A stretch of DNA of 32,000 bases from Geotalea uraniireducens Rf4 (GTDB lineage Bacteria > Desulfobacterota > Desulfuromonadia > Geobacterales > Geobacteraceae), in assembly GCF_000016745.1 (NCBI RefSeq), contig NC_009483.1, positions 3,570,001 to 3,602,000 on the forward strand. Direction: 5' to 3'. This document shows positions 8,055 to 16,423 of the stretch, one piece after another (the first letter of the stretch is position 1; each line of letters starts with the position of its first letter). The translations under genes and the position numbers were made by a program. Under the pieces are notes generated by a model, which had not been told where the DNA came from, ran no database searches, and saw only the letters and a program-made list of their open reading frames with translations.

Positions 8055-8551
8055 GGCGCGTCTCCTATGGATATTTTCGGGAAGAGAGCGACTTTCTCGA
8101 CCTCTCTGCTCCCTTCTGCCCGCACTCCGGCGCCGCGAACCGTATCCATGACCTGGATAAGATGATCGTATTCCACCTTCGGCTCCATCAGAACTGTCGC
8201 GTCTTCCTTCTCCGGATACCGGGCTTTCAGACGAAGGAGGATTTCGGACAGTTTCTTGAGATCGTATGCACCGTCTTTCTTGGGAATCGCGGCCTCCACG
8301 GACCTCCCGTTGGCAATTTCCAGTCCCGAGTTGCGGACAATCACCTCGATGGCAAAATTCGGCCTGTTGGAAACAGATCCGCCGGCGCTGGTAGGGACAC
8401 TCAAGTCCATGATGGTAATACTCGTAAAGACGGCAGTGATGAGCAGAAAAACCACCAGAACGGTAAAAACATCCATCATCGGTGTCAGGTTCAGGAGCTC
8501 CATGATATCCGTCTCGAGTGACTCTTTCTTTCTCCATTTACGTCTGGCCAT
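8051..8551 (-). CDS. exbD: ExbD/TolR family biopolymer transport protein (paralog 1)
   Basis: 166 aa. LLNLTPMMDVFTVLVVFLL TM motif. AGGAG lies 6 nt before ATG 8551, and the gene starts 12 nt after the exbB stop. Confidence 0.85.
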   Translation of the reverse strand: MARRKWRKKESLETDIMELLNLTPMMDVFTVLVVFLLITAVFTSITIMDLSVPTSAGGSVSNRPNFAIEVIVRNSGLEIANGRSVEAAIPKKDGAYDLKKLSEILLRLKARYPEKEDATVLMEPKVEYDHLIQVMDTVRGAGVRAEGSREVEKVALFPKISIGDAP

Positions 8552-8563
8552 GATCGGCTCCTG

Positions 8564-9202
8564 TCAGTATTGGCGCTTCGTGAAAGTCGAGATAGTGTTC
8601 AGCGCCTTTACCGACACCATCTCGAGGCTGTTCACAATCTGCCCCGTGGTTGTCGTCAGGCGGGCATGGAGCAGCAGAAGCGGGATCGCGGTCATCAGAC
8701 CGAACGCCGTGCAGTTCATGGCCTCCGAAATGCTGGCCGCGAGCAGGGCGGCCTTTTCAGCGGGGCTCGCATTGGCGACCGCGGCGAAGGCCGTGATAAG
8801 ACCCATAATAGTGCCGAGCAGTCCGAACAGTGTGGCGATATTCGAGAGCAGCGCCAGGTAAGGTGTCCGCTTTTCCAGTTGAGGAACTATCTCCATCATG
8901 CTCTCTTCCATGGCGATTTCGATGTCTTCCCGCCGTCTGACCGCCCCCTGGCGCGCCAACCCCATCGCCAGCATCTGCGAGAGGGCCGATTTGTCCTCGT
9001 TGACCATTTCCCTGGCCTTATCGAAATCCCCCTCGACCAGCACCGGATGCACCTCGTCCCATATCCTGCTGTTTTCCGCCTTAACGCGCTTCAGATGAAT
9101 CCAGCGCTCGACCGCAATGGCGATGCCGACCGCAAGCACGAGTAGAATAGGGAACATGAAGAACCCGCCCATCTGAAAAAAACTTACTATACCGTACATC
9201 AT
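8564..9202 (-). CDS. exbB: MotA/TolQ/ExbB proton-channel family protein
   Basis: 212 aa with three hydrophobic segments and the conserved C-terminal core (LLSNIATLFGLLGTIMGLI...EAMNCTAFGLMTAIPLLL). GGAGG lies 5 nt before ATG 9202. Confidence 0.9.
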   Translation of the reverse strand: MMYGIVSFFQMGGFFMFPILLVLAVGIAIAVERWIHLKRVKAENSRIWDEVHPVLVEGDFDKAREMVNEDKSALSQMLAMGLARQGAVRRREDIEIAMEESMMEIVPQLEKRTPYLALLSNIATLFGLLGTIMGLITAFAAVANASPAEKAALLAASISEAMNCTAFGLMTAIPLLLLHARLTTTTGQIVNSLEMVSVKALNTISTFTKRQY

Positions 9203-9292
9203 CTGCCTCCTTCACTGATTGACCCTCTTGGGTCGTATGATCCGCAGAATGCGGTGGTTTGATTCTACTTTGTCAGATTATCGAAACCACGA

Positions 9293-9385
9293 CTGTAACC
9301 CCTCCTGTCCTCCCCTTAATTAAGGGGAGGAACGCGTTAAAGGAGCTCCCCCTCTTAAGATAAGAGGGGGGAGGGGGGAGTTATG
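9293..9385. repeat. REP-like double-hairpin intergenic element, copy A
   Basis: ctgtaacccctcctgtcc, then the perfect palindrome CCTCCCCTTAATTAAGGGGAGG (9309-9330), then CCCCCTCTTA-aga-TAAGAGGGGG (9348-9370), then ggggggagttatg. Related copies lie at 16317-16404 and 21695-21811. Confidence 0.85.
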
Positions 9386-9407
9386 AGGTTAATTGTCACT
9401 TCAAGTT

Positions 9408-9728
9408 TTAGGAGCCTCCTCCCGGTGCGGAGGTTTTGCTGCCGACGCTTACCTGGTAGAAATCCAGCTCCCGCAAAAAAACGTCCCGATCCACCGGCAG
9501 ATCGTGCTCATTCAACGTTCTGTTCAGGTTCGTCTCTGCGCCCAGCTCGGAACTTTTCCAAGGAACGATAAAAAGCGACATTGGTGCTTCATTGTTGCCG
9601 AGAACCGACATACCCTTGACCGTCTTGGCATCTGGGTCACCGGATACAGTGGATGCAGTATCCTCCGCCACAACCATGGCGGCCGAAAGCAGAACCAAAC
9701 AGAGACTGAAAACCAACTTTCGATACAT
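9408..9728 (-). CDS. small secreted hypothetical protein (106 aa)
   Basis: GGAGGA RBS and ATG 9728. Signal peptide MYRKLVFSLCLVLLSAAMVVA. No recognisable domain. It occupies the position between the TPR genes and the motor genes. Confidence 0.7.
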   Translation of the reverse strand: MYRKLVFSLCLVLLSAAMVVAEDTASTVSGDPDAKTVKGMSVLGNNEAPMSLFIVPWKSSELGAETNLNRTLNEHDLPVDRDVFLRELDFYQVSVGSKTSAPGGGS

Positions 9729-9761
9729 AGGTTCCTCCGTATAGCGCGATCCACTCCATGC

Positions 9762-10544
9762 TTAGTGCACGGACAATCCGTTCCCCATACCGGCTGATGC
9801 CGTTGGCCTGCGGGTCTGCAAATCAGCAAGCCATAACTTCACCTGCTGGTCCTTGGGCATCGCTTGGCCATAGATCTCATAATGTTCAACGGCACAAGCC
9901 AAATCTTTCAGATACAGGTCGCAAAGGATTGCGAGATTTTTGTGTATCGGATGATATTCGGGAAAAGCAGCGAGCGATTTTTCATAAATCAGCCGGCTTT
10001 CGGCAAAACGCCCGGCTTTACGCAACATCAGTCCGTATTCATTGCTCGCCACCGGATGCACGGGAATCAATTCCAGGGCTTTTTTCAGATGCTGCTCGGC
10101 CTGTTCCGGCTTGTTTATCTGTCTGTAAGCAATCGCGAGATTGATGTGGGGCGCGGTCATTTCCGGCGACTGGGCGATCACTTTTTCCAGCAATTCGATC
10201 GCCTTGTCAAACTTCGCTTCCTTGATCATGGCGCTCGCCTGATCAAAGTCTGCACGCAACTGCGCATCCATGCCGGACGGTTCCGTAATCAGAAATCCTT
10301 CACGCCCATCGGTGAAGTGCACCACAGAGGGTCCCGCCGGCAGGGAGGGAGACGGTTCTGCTGCCGCGGCCGCCGCGGCGGGCGTGGGTTCAGCCGGCTC
10401 CACCTTGGCCTTGCCCGCGGTGGCGCATCCTACGAGCAGCGAGAGGCCTATCGCCAACAGCAGGTAACCGGCAATCGTTGCCATGCAGGAACAAGTCCCC
10501 TGCTCTCTTTCCCTCGTTGCATCATTTTTTGGCGCGTTTTCCAT
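9762..10544 (-). CDS. TPR-repeat lipoprotein
   Basis: The track ORF (331 aa) is over-extended into the upstream gene. Plausible starts are ATG 10544 (AAGGGGA 6 nt upstream, 23-nt overlap with the upstream gene) or ATG 10484. The latter gives MATIAGYLLLAIGLSLLVGC, a canonical lipobox. TPR-like helices follow (AKFDKAIELLEKVIAQSPEM..., AEQHLKKALELIPVHP...). Confidence 0.75.
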   Translation of the reverse strand: MENAPKNDATREREQGTCSCMATIAGYLLLAIGLSLLVGCATAGKAKVEPAEPTPAAAAAAAEPSPSLPAGPSVVHFTDGREGFLITEPSGMDAQLRADFDQASAMIKEAKFDKAIELLEKVIAQSPEMTAPHINLAIAYRQINKPEQAEQHLKKALELIPVHPVASNEYGLMLRKAGRFAESRLIYEKSLAAFPEYHPIHKNLAILCDLYLKDLACAVEHYEIYGQAMPKDQQVKLWLADLQTRRPTASAGMGNGLSVH

Positions 10545-13500
10545 GTTTTTTCCCCTTGGCCCGCGGCGAAACCGCTGCGGCCTGTTTGGAGGTTGCCTTC
10601 TTCTGTGGCACTGCTTCCGTCGGTTTTTCCCCCTGAGCTGCAGGAGAAGGGTCTGCAGCAGGCGCCTCCACCCTGACAGCCGGTGCAGCAGGTGCAGCAG
10701 GTGCAGCCTGCGGCGCCGGCGGTGCCTGCCTTTCAATCTCAAACGAGTAGGTTTCAAGCGAGGCGACGATTTCCGTGGGAACTTCCGGCTTGTCGTAGCG
10801 GGCGGGCACGAGCCTGGCCAGTCTTTCCAGGCTCCTGTCGATCCAGGGGTTGTAGATACCCATGGAGATCAGTTCGAGATTCTTCTCGTGGATCTGGATG
10901 GCCTTTTCCTCGAAGGGATACGCCTGTTCCTCGATGGCCAGTTCGTACTCTTGCGTTTCCTGGGCATTCAGGCCGTCCGGACGCTCGGACTCCGTCAGGG
11001 CTTTGCTGAAGTGTGCGTAAATCTCCGCAAGATAGAACGTCGCCGCGGCCGTGACCTCACCGACTTCATACTCCACGAGTTTATTGAATGCCTGGGTTGT
11101 CACCTTCATCAACTCTTTCTTTTTTCGCAGGTTGGCTTCGAAGGGTTTTACGAGCCGGACTTCTGTGAACCGGTCATAGGTCTGCTCGGCAAACACCAGC
11201 GCGGCCTTCCCTCCCAGGTATCGGGTCCGCGGGGTACGCGCCTGCCCGGCCGCTGCATCGATCGCAACGATCTCATTAAGCTCGTCCAGATAATTTTTCT
11301 GATCGTTCTCCGCCTTAAGGATTTCAGCGATCTTGTTGCGCATTTCCAGATTAACCTCGACCGGTTGCGGGAATGAGCCGACAAATCGGCGGTATACTGC
11401 GAGGGCCTGCTTGCTGTTCCCCGTCTGCTGATGCAGTTCCGCCGCAAGCATGAGAGCCCCTCTCCTCACCTCCTCATCCTTGAATTCCCTCTCTACGCGT
11501 TCATATTCATCAGCCGCGAGGGAAAGCTTCCCGTCTTCCTTGTAGACATAGGCAATCTTCCTGGTGACTTCCGGCTGCAGCTGATGGCCGGGGAAGAGAT
11601 CCCGAAATCCCACCAGGACAGTAGCCGCCATTTTCCAGTCCTTGAGCTGGATCAGGGCGGCAGCGGCATCGTACTCGGCATTAACCCGGATCTTCGATGT
11701 GGAAGCCATGCGGCCAACACGCAGGAAATGGTCTGCAGCGGCCCGATAATCCTTGAGGGCATTGGCTTGCTCCCCCTGCTTGTAAATCGATGCAGCAAGA
11801 TTGTCCATGAAGCTTGCCCGGCTTTTGTCTTCTGCGGGAAGCAGAGCCAGGACCTTCACATAGGCGGCCTCGCCCTCGGCATAGCGCTTGAGGTCGTAAC
11901 AGGAATGGCCGACGACGATCCAGGCCGACTTCAGGACCTCCTGGTCTGCACCCGGGAAGACCTCGATGAGCTTGCGCGCGGCAGCGAGCCCCTGCTCGTA
12001 ATCCTTCATGTCGTACAGGTCGTCCGCGGCCGCCCCAAGGACGATCGCGGCCTTCTCGTGTTTCGGGTAGGTCTCTGCAAATTTGAGCGAACTGCGCACG
12101 GTCTCGCGCTTGACTTTGTCTTTCTCCTCTGGCACAGCGGTGCGTAGCTGTTCCCGATAGGCATAAATGGCGGCATAGCCGGCAGCGGACGACTTTTCGT
12201 GGCTCGGATAGCCGTAGGCCGTCTTTTCATATTCCAGCGCAGCCCTGGCGAAGGAGCGGTTTTCAAGCAGCAGGTCGGCCAGTTGGTAATTTATCGCCGG
12301 CGATTCGGCATCCTTCGGGAAGGAGACCAGGAACTCCTCGTACCAGTGCATTGCCTCCTGGAAGTTCTCCCCCTTTTCCTTGGCGTGCTCCGGATCCTGG
12401 TAAAGCGAGTGATAGTGATGGGCGAGGTCGGTGAAGTTGGTCTTCAGAAAACCGAGGACCTCGGGACGCGCGCCCGGATCGAAATGTTTCCAGTATTCGG
12501 CCTTCAGGCCGTAATTCCTGGCAAACTGCTTCTTTGCATCGATAACGACGCTGGGGAAGCCTCCGGCCATCTGGATTTCGATGACGCGCATGTGGAACTG
12601 CGGAGAAACCAGGTGGAAGGGGTTGCGGGTGACGAAGGCGTTGTAAGCGGCCGCGGCATCGCTGTACCGGCGTTTATCGAAATAGAATTCACCGAGATTG
12701 CTGTAGATGCGGTCCTCATAGCTGCGCTTGCCGTTGGTATCAAAGTATTCCATCACGGAGTCGGCACCGCGAAGGTACGAGAAGCTCTGGCTGATGACCC
12801 GGAAGGCGTCGTCTACACGCTTGCGTTCAAGATCGTCTTTCGTCTGGGCAAAGTCGTATCCGGTGGCAACCTTCCGATCCAGCAGCGCGATGAATCGCTG
12901 CAGCCCCTCCTCGTAGAGCTCCTGCTTGTAGAAGGTCCAGCCGAGCTTGTACAGGGCGAGCTCGTAGTATGGGGAACCGGCACCCATGTCCACGATGCTC
13001 TTGTACGCTGCTTCCGCATCGAGATACCGCTTGCGGGTAAAGAAGAATTCGGCCCGCCGGAACCGCACCTCGTCGATGTAGGGTGAATGCGGGAAGTCGC
13101 GGACCAGCCGGTCCATGACCCCCATGGCATCCTCCGTCTGCCCCAGTTCCTCGTAGGCGCGGGACATCTGGTACAGAACCTGGTCGTTGCCCGGGTACAG
13201 CGGGTATTTGTCCAGCAGCTTTTTGTAGAGCGCGATCGCCTCCCGAGTCCCTGCTCTTTCGAGATCTTCGGTACCGGCTTCGGGAAGCCCGCCCGATTTT
13301 CCTCCCTTGGCGGTAAGCTGCGGACTCTGGGTCGTTCTTTTTTCAAAATCCGCCTGCGACTCGGTCAGGGGAGATTGCGGATCGGTCCCCCTCACCCGGC
13401 CAATCCATCTCTCTATCTCTCTCCCGAAGGGAGAGAGAACTCCTTGCCCTCTCCCTCTGGGAGAGGGATTGGGTGAGGGTAGGGCCACCCTCTCCCACGC

Positions 13501-13848
13501 CGGGGAGAGGGTTTCTCCCCTCGCCCCTTGTGGACCCACAGGGCCTGAAGGAGAAGGGGCGGGGGTGAAGGGTTGGGTTGCCGCAAGGGCAGTCAGGTAA
13601 CCGTATTCCCTCTCGATCTTCAGGTCGGCAAGACGACGGATCGCCGCGGGAGTCAGCGCCGATTCGGGCGTTTCTTTCAGAAAGCGCTGGTAACTCTCCA
13701 TAGCTTTCTCGAGCCCGCCTTCGATCGCCTCTTCCTTGATCTCGATCTGCATGTTCCGCAACTGGGCAATCGTCTCCCTGCTACCGCCCGTTTGACAGGC
13801 AGCAAGGATCGCCGGAATTGCAAAGACTAAAAGTCGGATTCGCTTCAT
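10522..13848 (-). CDS. large TPR-repeat lipoprotein (1108 aa), GltD/AgmU-like scaffold candidate
   Basis: Lipoprotein signal MKRIRLLVFAIPAILAAC. More than 15 TPR/YbgF-BamD-like helical repeats run through the body. A/P-rich C-terminal tail. ATG 13848 overlaps the upstream TGA (ATGA). Confidence 0.85.
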   Translation of the reverse strand: MKRIRLLVFAIPAILAACQTGGSRETIAQLRNMQIEIKEEAIEGGLEKAMESYQRFLKETPESALTPAAIRRLADLKIEREYGYLTALAATQPFTPAPSPSGPVGPQGARGETLSPAWERVALPSPNPSPRGRGQGVLSPFGREIERWIGRVRGTDPQSPLTESQADFEKRTTQSPQLTAKGGKSGGLPEAGTEDLERAGTREAIALYKKLLDKYPLYPGNDQVLYQMSRAYEELGQTEDAMGVMDRLVRDFPHSPYIDEVRFRRAEFFFTRKRYLDAEAAYKSIVDMGAGSPYYELALYKLGWTFYKQELYEEGLQRFIALLDRKVATGYDFAQTKDDLERKRVDDAFRVISQSFSYLRGADSVMEYFDTNGKRSYEDRIYSNLGEFYFDKRRYSDAAAAYNAFVTRNPFHLVSPQFHMRVIEIQMAGGFPSVVIDAKKQFARNYGLKAEYWKHFDPGARPEVLGFLKTNFTDLAHHYHSLYQDPEHAKEKGENFQEAMHWYEEFLVSFPKDAESPAINYQLADLLLENRSFARAALEYEKTAYGYPSHEKSSAAGYAAIYAYREQLRTAVPEEKDKVKRETVRSSLKFAETYPKHEKAAIVLGAAADDLYDMKDYEQGLAAARKLIEVFPGADQEVLKSAWIVVGHSCYDLKRYAEGEAAYVKVLALLPAEDKSRASFMDNLAASIYKQGEQANALKDYRAAADHFLRVGRMASTSKIRVNAEYDAAAALIQLKDWKMAATVLVGFRDLFPGHQLQPEVTRKIAYVYKEDGKLSLAADEYERVEREFKDEEVRRGALMLAAELHQQTGNSKQALAVYRRFVGSFPQPVEVNLEMRNKIAEILKAENDQKNYLDELNEIVAIDAAAGQARTPRTRYLGGKAALVFAEQTYDRFTEVRLVKPFEANLRKKKELMKVTTQAFNKLVEYEVGEVTAAATFYLAEIYAHFSKALTESERPDGLNAQETQEYELAIEEQAYPFEEKAIQIHEKNLELISMGIYNPWIDRSLERLARLVPARYDKPEVPTEIVASLETYSFEIERQAPPAPQAAPAAPAAPAVRVEAPAADPSPAAQGEKPTEAVPQKKATSKQAAAVSPRAKGKKHGKRAKK
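13387..13520. repeat. cluster of GC-rich perfect palindromes embedded in frame in the 1108-aa CDS
   Basis: Three inner hairpins: TCTCTCTCCC-gaa-GGGAGAGAGA (13416-13438), CCCTCTCCC-tct-GGGAGAGGG (13447-13467), and CCCTCTCCC-acgcc-GGGGAGAGGG (13488-13511). An outer inverted repeat CCCTCACCC/GGGTGAGGG (13389-13397/13471-13479) encloses the first two. The region encodes residues ~110-155 (...LPSPNPSPRGRGQGVLSPFGREIERW...). Confidence 0.8.
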
Positions 13849-15734
13849 TTGCCAACACTCTTTTCAGTCTGGGTCTTGGTGGCACGGTCATAACTATCCG
13901 CTATGGCAAAACGCGCGGTAATCTGGAACTGTTCCAGCCGCTCGCGGCGCTTGGTCAGTTCATTTGCGGCCATAGTTTCAAGCATATTCCCCTGACGTAC
14001 CATCAGGACCTTCACTTTTTCCTGAGCCGACGCAATCAGATTACGTTGGCGGCGGATCACATCGTCATAGCCTTCATAGCTTTGGGTGGCGGCCTGGCGG
14101 GTACGGACAAAAGCGTTGTACTGTTTCTTCAACCGGTCCACCACTTGGTTCAAATCATGCAGGTCCTTGTATGCATCCGTAAGGCGCTGGTCATATTCCG
14201 TGGAGATGTTCCAGATGAGCACCCCCCGCAAATGGCTTATCCGGTCCTTGATTTCATCGGGTGCCGTCCCACCGTTCGAAACCAGAGCCTGTTCCAGACG
14301 TCCAATTTTTTCCGTGGCAATCCGTTCCTCCGCAGTAGCCAGGTAATCGGGCCGCGGCGCTACCAGCATGGCATTGAGACGTTTCTGGACCCGATCCCGT
14401 TGCTCCAGACGCAGACGCATTTGCGAGTCAAGCTGCCTGAATGCACGGTGAATCTCGGGAAGCAACGGCTGGTAATACGTTCGACGTTGCTGGATGATAT
14501 CCTCAAATGCATCCAGATCCCTTTCCCATCCAGCAAGCTTCTTTTGCAGTTCATTCAGGTCAAGGTAGTTCTTGAGGGAGTCCTGAAAATCATGGGAAGC
14601 CATTAATTCGAGCAGGTAATAGGTTTCGGGCGCTTCCGGCAGATTGCGCAGCTTGACAACCCAGTCGGAGTCCTGTTTCAACTCTTCTCGCGCCAGGGCC
14701 TGAAGAAATTTCCCTTCCCGGACAGACTTGATAGACGCACCGAGTTTGTCGACTTCCTTGCCGAAGGACTCCAGAGCTTTGCCGTACAGCACTGCCGCCC
14801 GCCCATAGATGTTTAGTTTCCCGTAGGCATACGGCACGGCGAGCAGGGCTTCCTGAACCGCGGGATCAGTGACCTCGCGCTCCGCCAGGAGGCTCCAGGG
14901 AACGAGTGCTCTTTCGAACAGACCTCGAGAGGCATCTGCCCAGCCCGAACCCAGGAGTGCCCGATTAGAGAAAGGTCCGCTTAAACGCACCCGCTCAAGG
15001 ACCAGCTTGGCATTTTCACCAGCATTTTCATCCAGCAGCTTGTAGCCGAGGACCAAGTTCGACTTGTCCTTGATTGCCAACGTGGACGGGCTATTGCTGA
15101 GGATTTGCCCGGTACGGTCAAGTGACTTCCGCCCATCCTGCTCCTTCCCATCTTTTAACAATGCGATCCCGAGGTTGTAGCTGGCAAACCCTTCAAGGCT
15201 CTTGGCATTTTGCAGGTCTTTAAAAATGCGTGCGGCCTCAACGAACCGGCCGTTCGCCATAAAGATTTGCCCACGCAAGAATCCCAGGTCGTCGCGAATC
15301 CTTGCGGGAACCGTCCCGCGAATACGTTCCAAGGCATGGAGGGCATTTTCCGGTTGGGCTTTCTGGAAGTAGAGCCGTGCCAACCGATAAATCGCTTCAT
15401 TACGCACGGACTCCTCGACGTTCCCCTCTATGACCGCGGTGATGGCGCGCCCGGCCCGGAGATGCATCCGATAGCCCAGTTCAAAATCCCCCACATCAAA
15501 TTCCGCTTCGTTGATGTGGTAATAGAGCGAGTCGAGCGCGGGTTCATCGAGCCCGTAGTGCTGCCCAAGCTCGGTGTCAAGCCGGGCGATGGATTGAAAC
15601 CAATCCCCCTGAAAGGCGTGATAGAGCGCCTCTCCGAAGTAGACATCCTTCAGGCCATTGGAAGGGGTGGTACTGGCTGCCATGGAAAGGGTCGTGGACA
15701 GCAGACAAACCAGTATGAGAATCAACCTGGACAT
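13845..15734 (-). CDS. secreted TPR-like / coiled-coil protein (629 aa)
   Basis: Signal peptide MSRLILILVCLLSTTLSMA. The N-terminal half is TPR-like helices and the C-terminal half is heptad-rich (LDLNELQKKLAGWERDLDAFEDIIQQ...). It starts 3 nt after the upstream stop. Confidence 0.8.
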   Translation of the reverse strand: MSRLILILVCLLSTTLSMAASTTPSNGLKDVYFGEALYHAFQGDWFQSIARLDTELGQHYGLDEPALDSLYYHINEAEFDVGDFELGYRMHLRAGRAITAVIEGNVEESVRNEAIYRLARLYFQKAQPENALHALERIRGTVPARIRDDLGFLRGQIFMANGRFVEAARIFKDLQNAKSLEGFASYNLGIALLKDGKEQDGRKSLDRTGQILSNSPSTLAIKDKSNLVLGYKLLDENAGENAKLVLERVRLSGPFSNRALLGSGWADASRGLFERALVPWSLLAEREVTDPAVQEALLAVPYAYGKLNIYGRAAVLYGKALESFGKEVDKLGASIKSVREGKFLQALAREELKQDSDWVVKLRNLPEAPETYYLLELMASHDFQDSLKNYLDLNELQKKLAGWERDLDAFEDIIQQRRTYYQPLLPEIHRAFRQLDSQMRLRLEQRDRVQKRLNAMLVAPRPDYLATAEERIATEKIGRLEQALVSNGGTAPDEIKDRISHLRGVLIWNISTEYDQRLTDAYKDLHDLNQVVDRLKKQYNAFVRTRQAATQSYEGYDDVIRRQRNLIASAQEKVKVLMVRQGNMLETMAANELTKRRERLEQFQITARFAIADSYDRATKTQTEKSVGK

Positions 15735-15737
15735 GGA

Positions 15738-16268
15738 TTACCAATCCTTCAGAGTGATAGTTTTGCTGCCGATTCCCGTGCCGGCCAAGACGACCCCAAC
15801 GAGTTTGGGACCGATATTCTTGGTGATTTTAAAGCTCTCCTCCCTTTTGAAATCTGAGCCTCCCTCGGATTTTCCGATCACGGTCACTTGCAATGCGTGC
15901 TCGCCCGTTCTGACGTTGCCAACATAGATGCGCTGTACGCCCGCTTTTTGCAGAGCTTCGAGCTCCTTGAACGTATAGAGGTGATGAGCGACCGATTTGC
16001 CATCCAACCCGATATCGACGGCATCAAGCCGGAACTTTTCGCCCTCGGCCACTGACACAAAAATTGCGATCTGGGTGTCGGACGGGTACAGCAGCTTCTC
16101 TTCAAGCTGGTTCAGTTCCGCCGCAATGGAGAGAACATCCGTCTTGATCTCCTGCACCTGCTCGTCCAGCCCCTTGGTCTGTTCCTTGGGAGCTTCCTGC
16201 GCATAGGCAGGGAGGATTAAAAACAGTGCCGAAACCCCTAAAATGATCACCTTCAGAACTTTGAACAT
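15738..16268 (-). CDS. secreted hypothetical protein (176 aa)
   Basis: Preferred start is ATG 16268 (GAGGTG 6 nt upstream), giving signal peptide MFKVLKVIILGVSALFLILPAYA. A short coiled coil is followed by a beta-rich domain. The track ORF starts 20 codons earlier. Confidence 0.7.
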   Translation of the reverse strand: MFKVLKVIILGVSALFLILPAYAQEAPKEQTKGLDEQVQEIKTDVLSIAAELNQLEEKLLYPSDTQIAIFVSVAEGEKFRLDAVDIGLDGKSVAHHLYTFKELEALQKAGVQRIYVGNVRTGEHALQVTVIGKSEGGSDFKREESFKITKNIGPKLVGVVLAGTGIGSKTITLKDW

Positions 16269-16316
16269 ATTTGCCACCTCGATTGGTCCTAGCTTTTCGT
16301 GTTTGCTTCGATAACC

Positions 16317-16404
16317 CTGTAACCCCACCTGTCCTCCCCTTACCCTAAGGGGAGGGACGCTCTTCTCCCCCTCTTAAGTTAAGAGGGGGTCGGGGGGAGT
16401 TATG
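16317..16404. repeat. REP-like double-hairpin intergenic element, copy B
   Basis: ctgtaaccccacctgtcc, then CCTCCCCTTA-ccc-TAAGGGGAGG, then CCCCCTCTTAA-g-TTAAGAGGGGG, then tcggggggagttatg. Lies between the 1706-aa stop and the 176-aa start. Confidence 0.85.
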
Positions 16405-16423
16405 TAAGCCGGTAGAAGTCGAA

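Noticed and set aside
7554-8537. 327-aa version of the second exbD ORF.
   Set aside because: The N-terminal 161 aa overlap exbD paralog 1 in another frame and are Arg/Gly/Ser-rich nonsense. ATG 8054, in an ATGA stop/start overlap, gives a canonical 166-aa ExbD.
9383-9571. ORFs beginning at the conserved GGAGTTATG end of the REP-like elements (9383-9571 and 21809-22189), which looks like an RBS plus ATG delivered by the repeat.
   Set aside because: Both run antisense straight into well-supported minus-strand CDSs and share no protein similarity beyond the repeat itself. The RBS-like end is probably coincidental. It could still act as an outward-facing signal.
10485-10757. N-terminal extension of the TPR lipoprotein ORF (331-aa version, MKPTRLRLKGRHRRRRR...).
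   Set aside because: It overlaps the 3' end of the 1108-aa gene and encodes an Arg/Leu/His-rich tract. Internal starts at 10544 or 10484 give a lipoprotein signal peptide.
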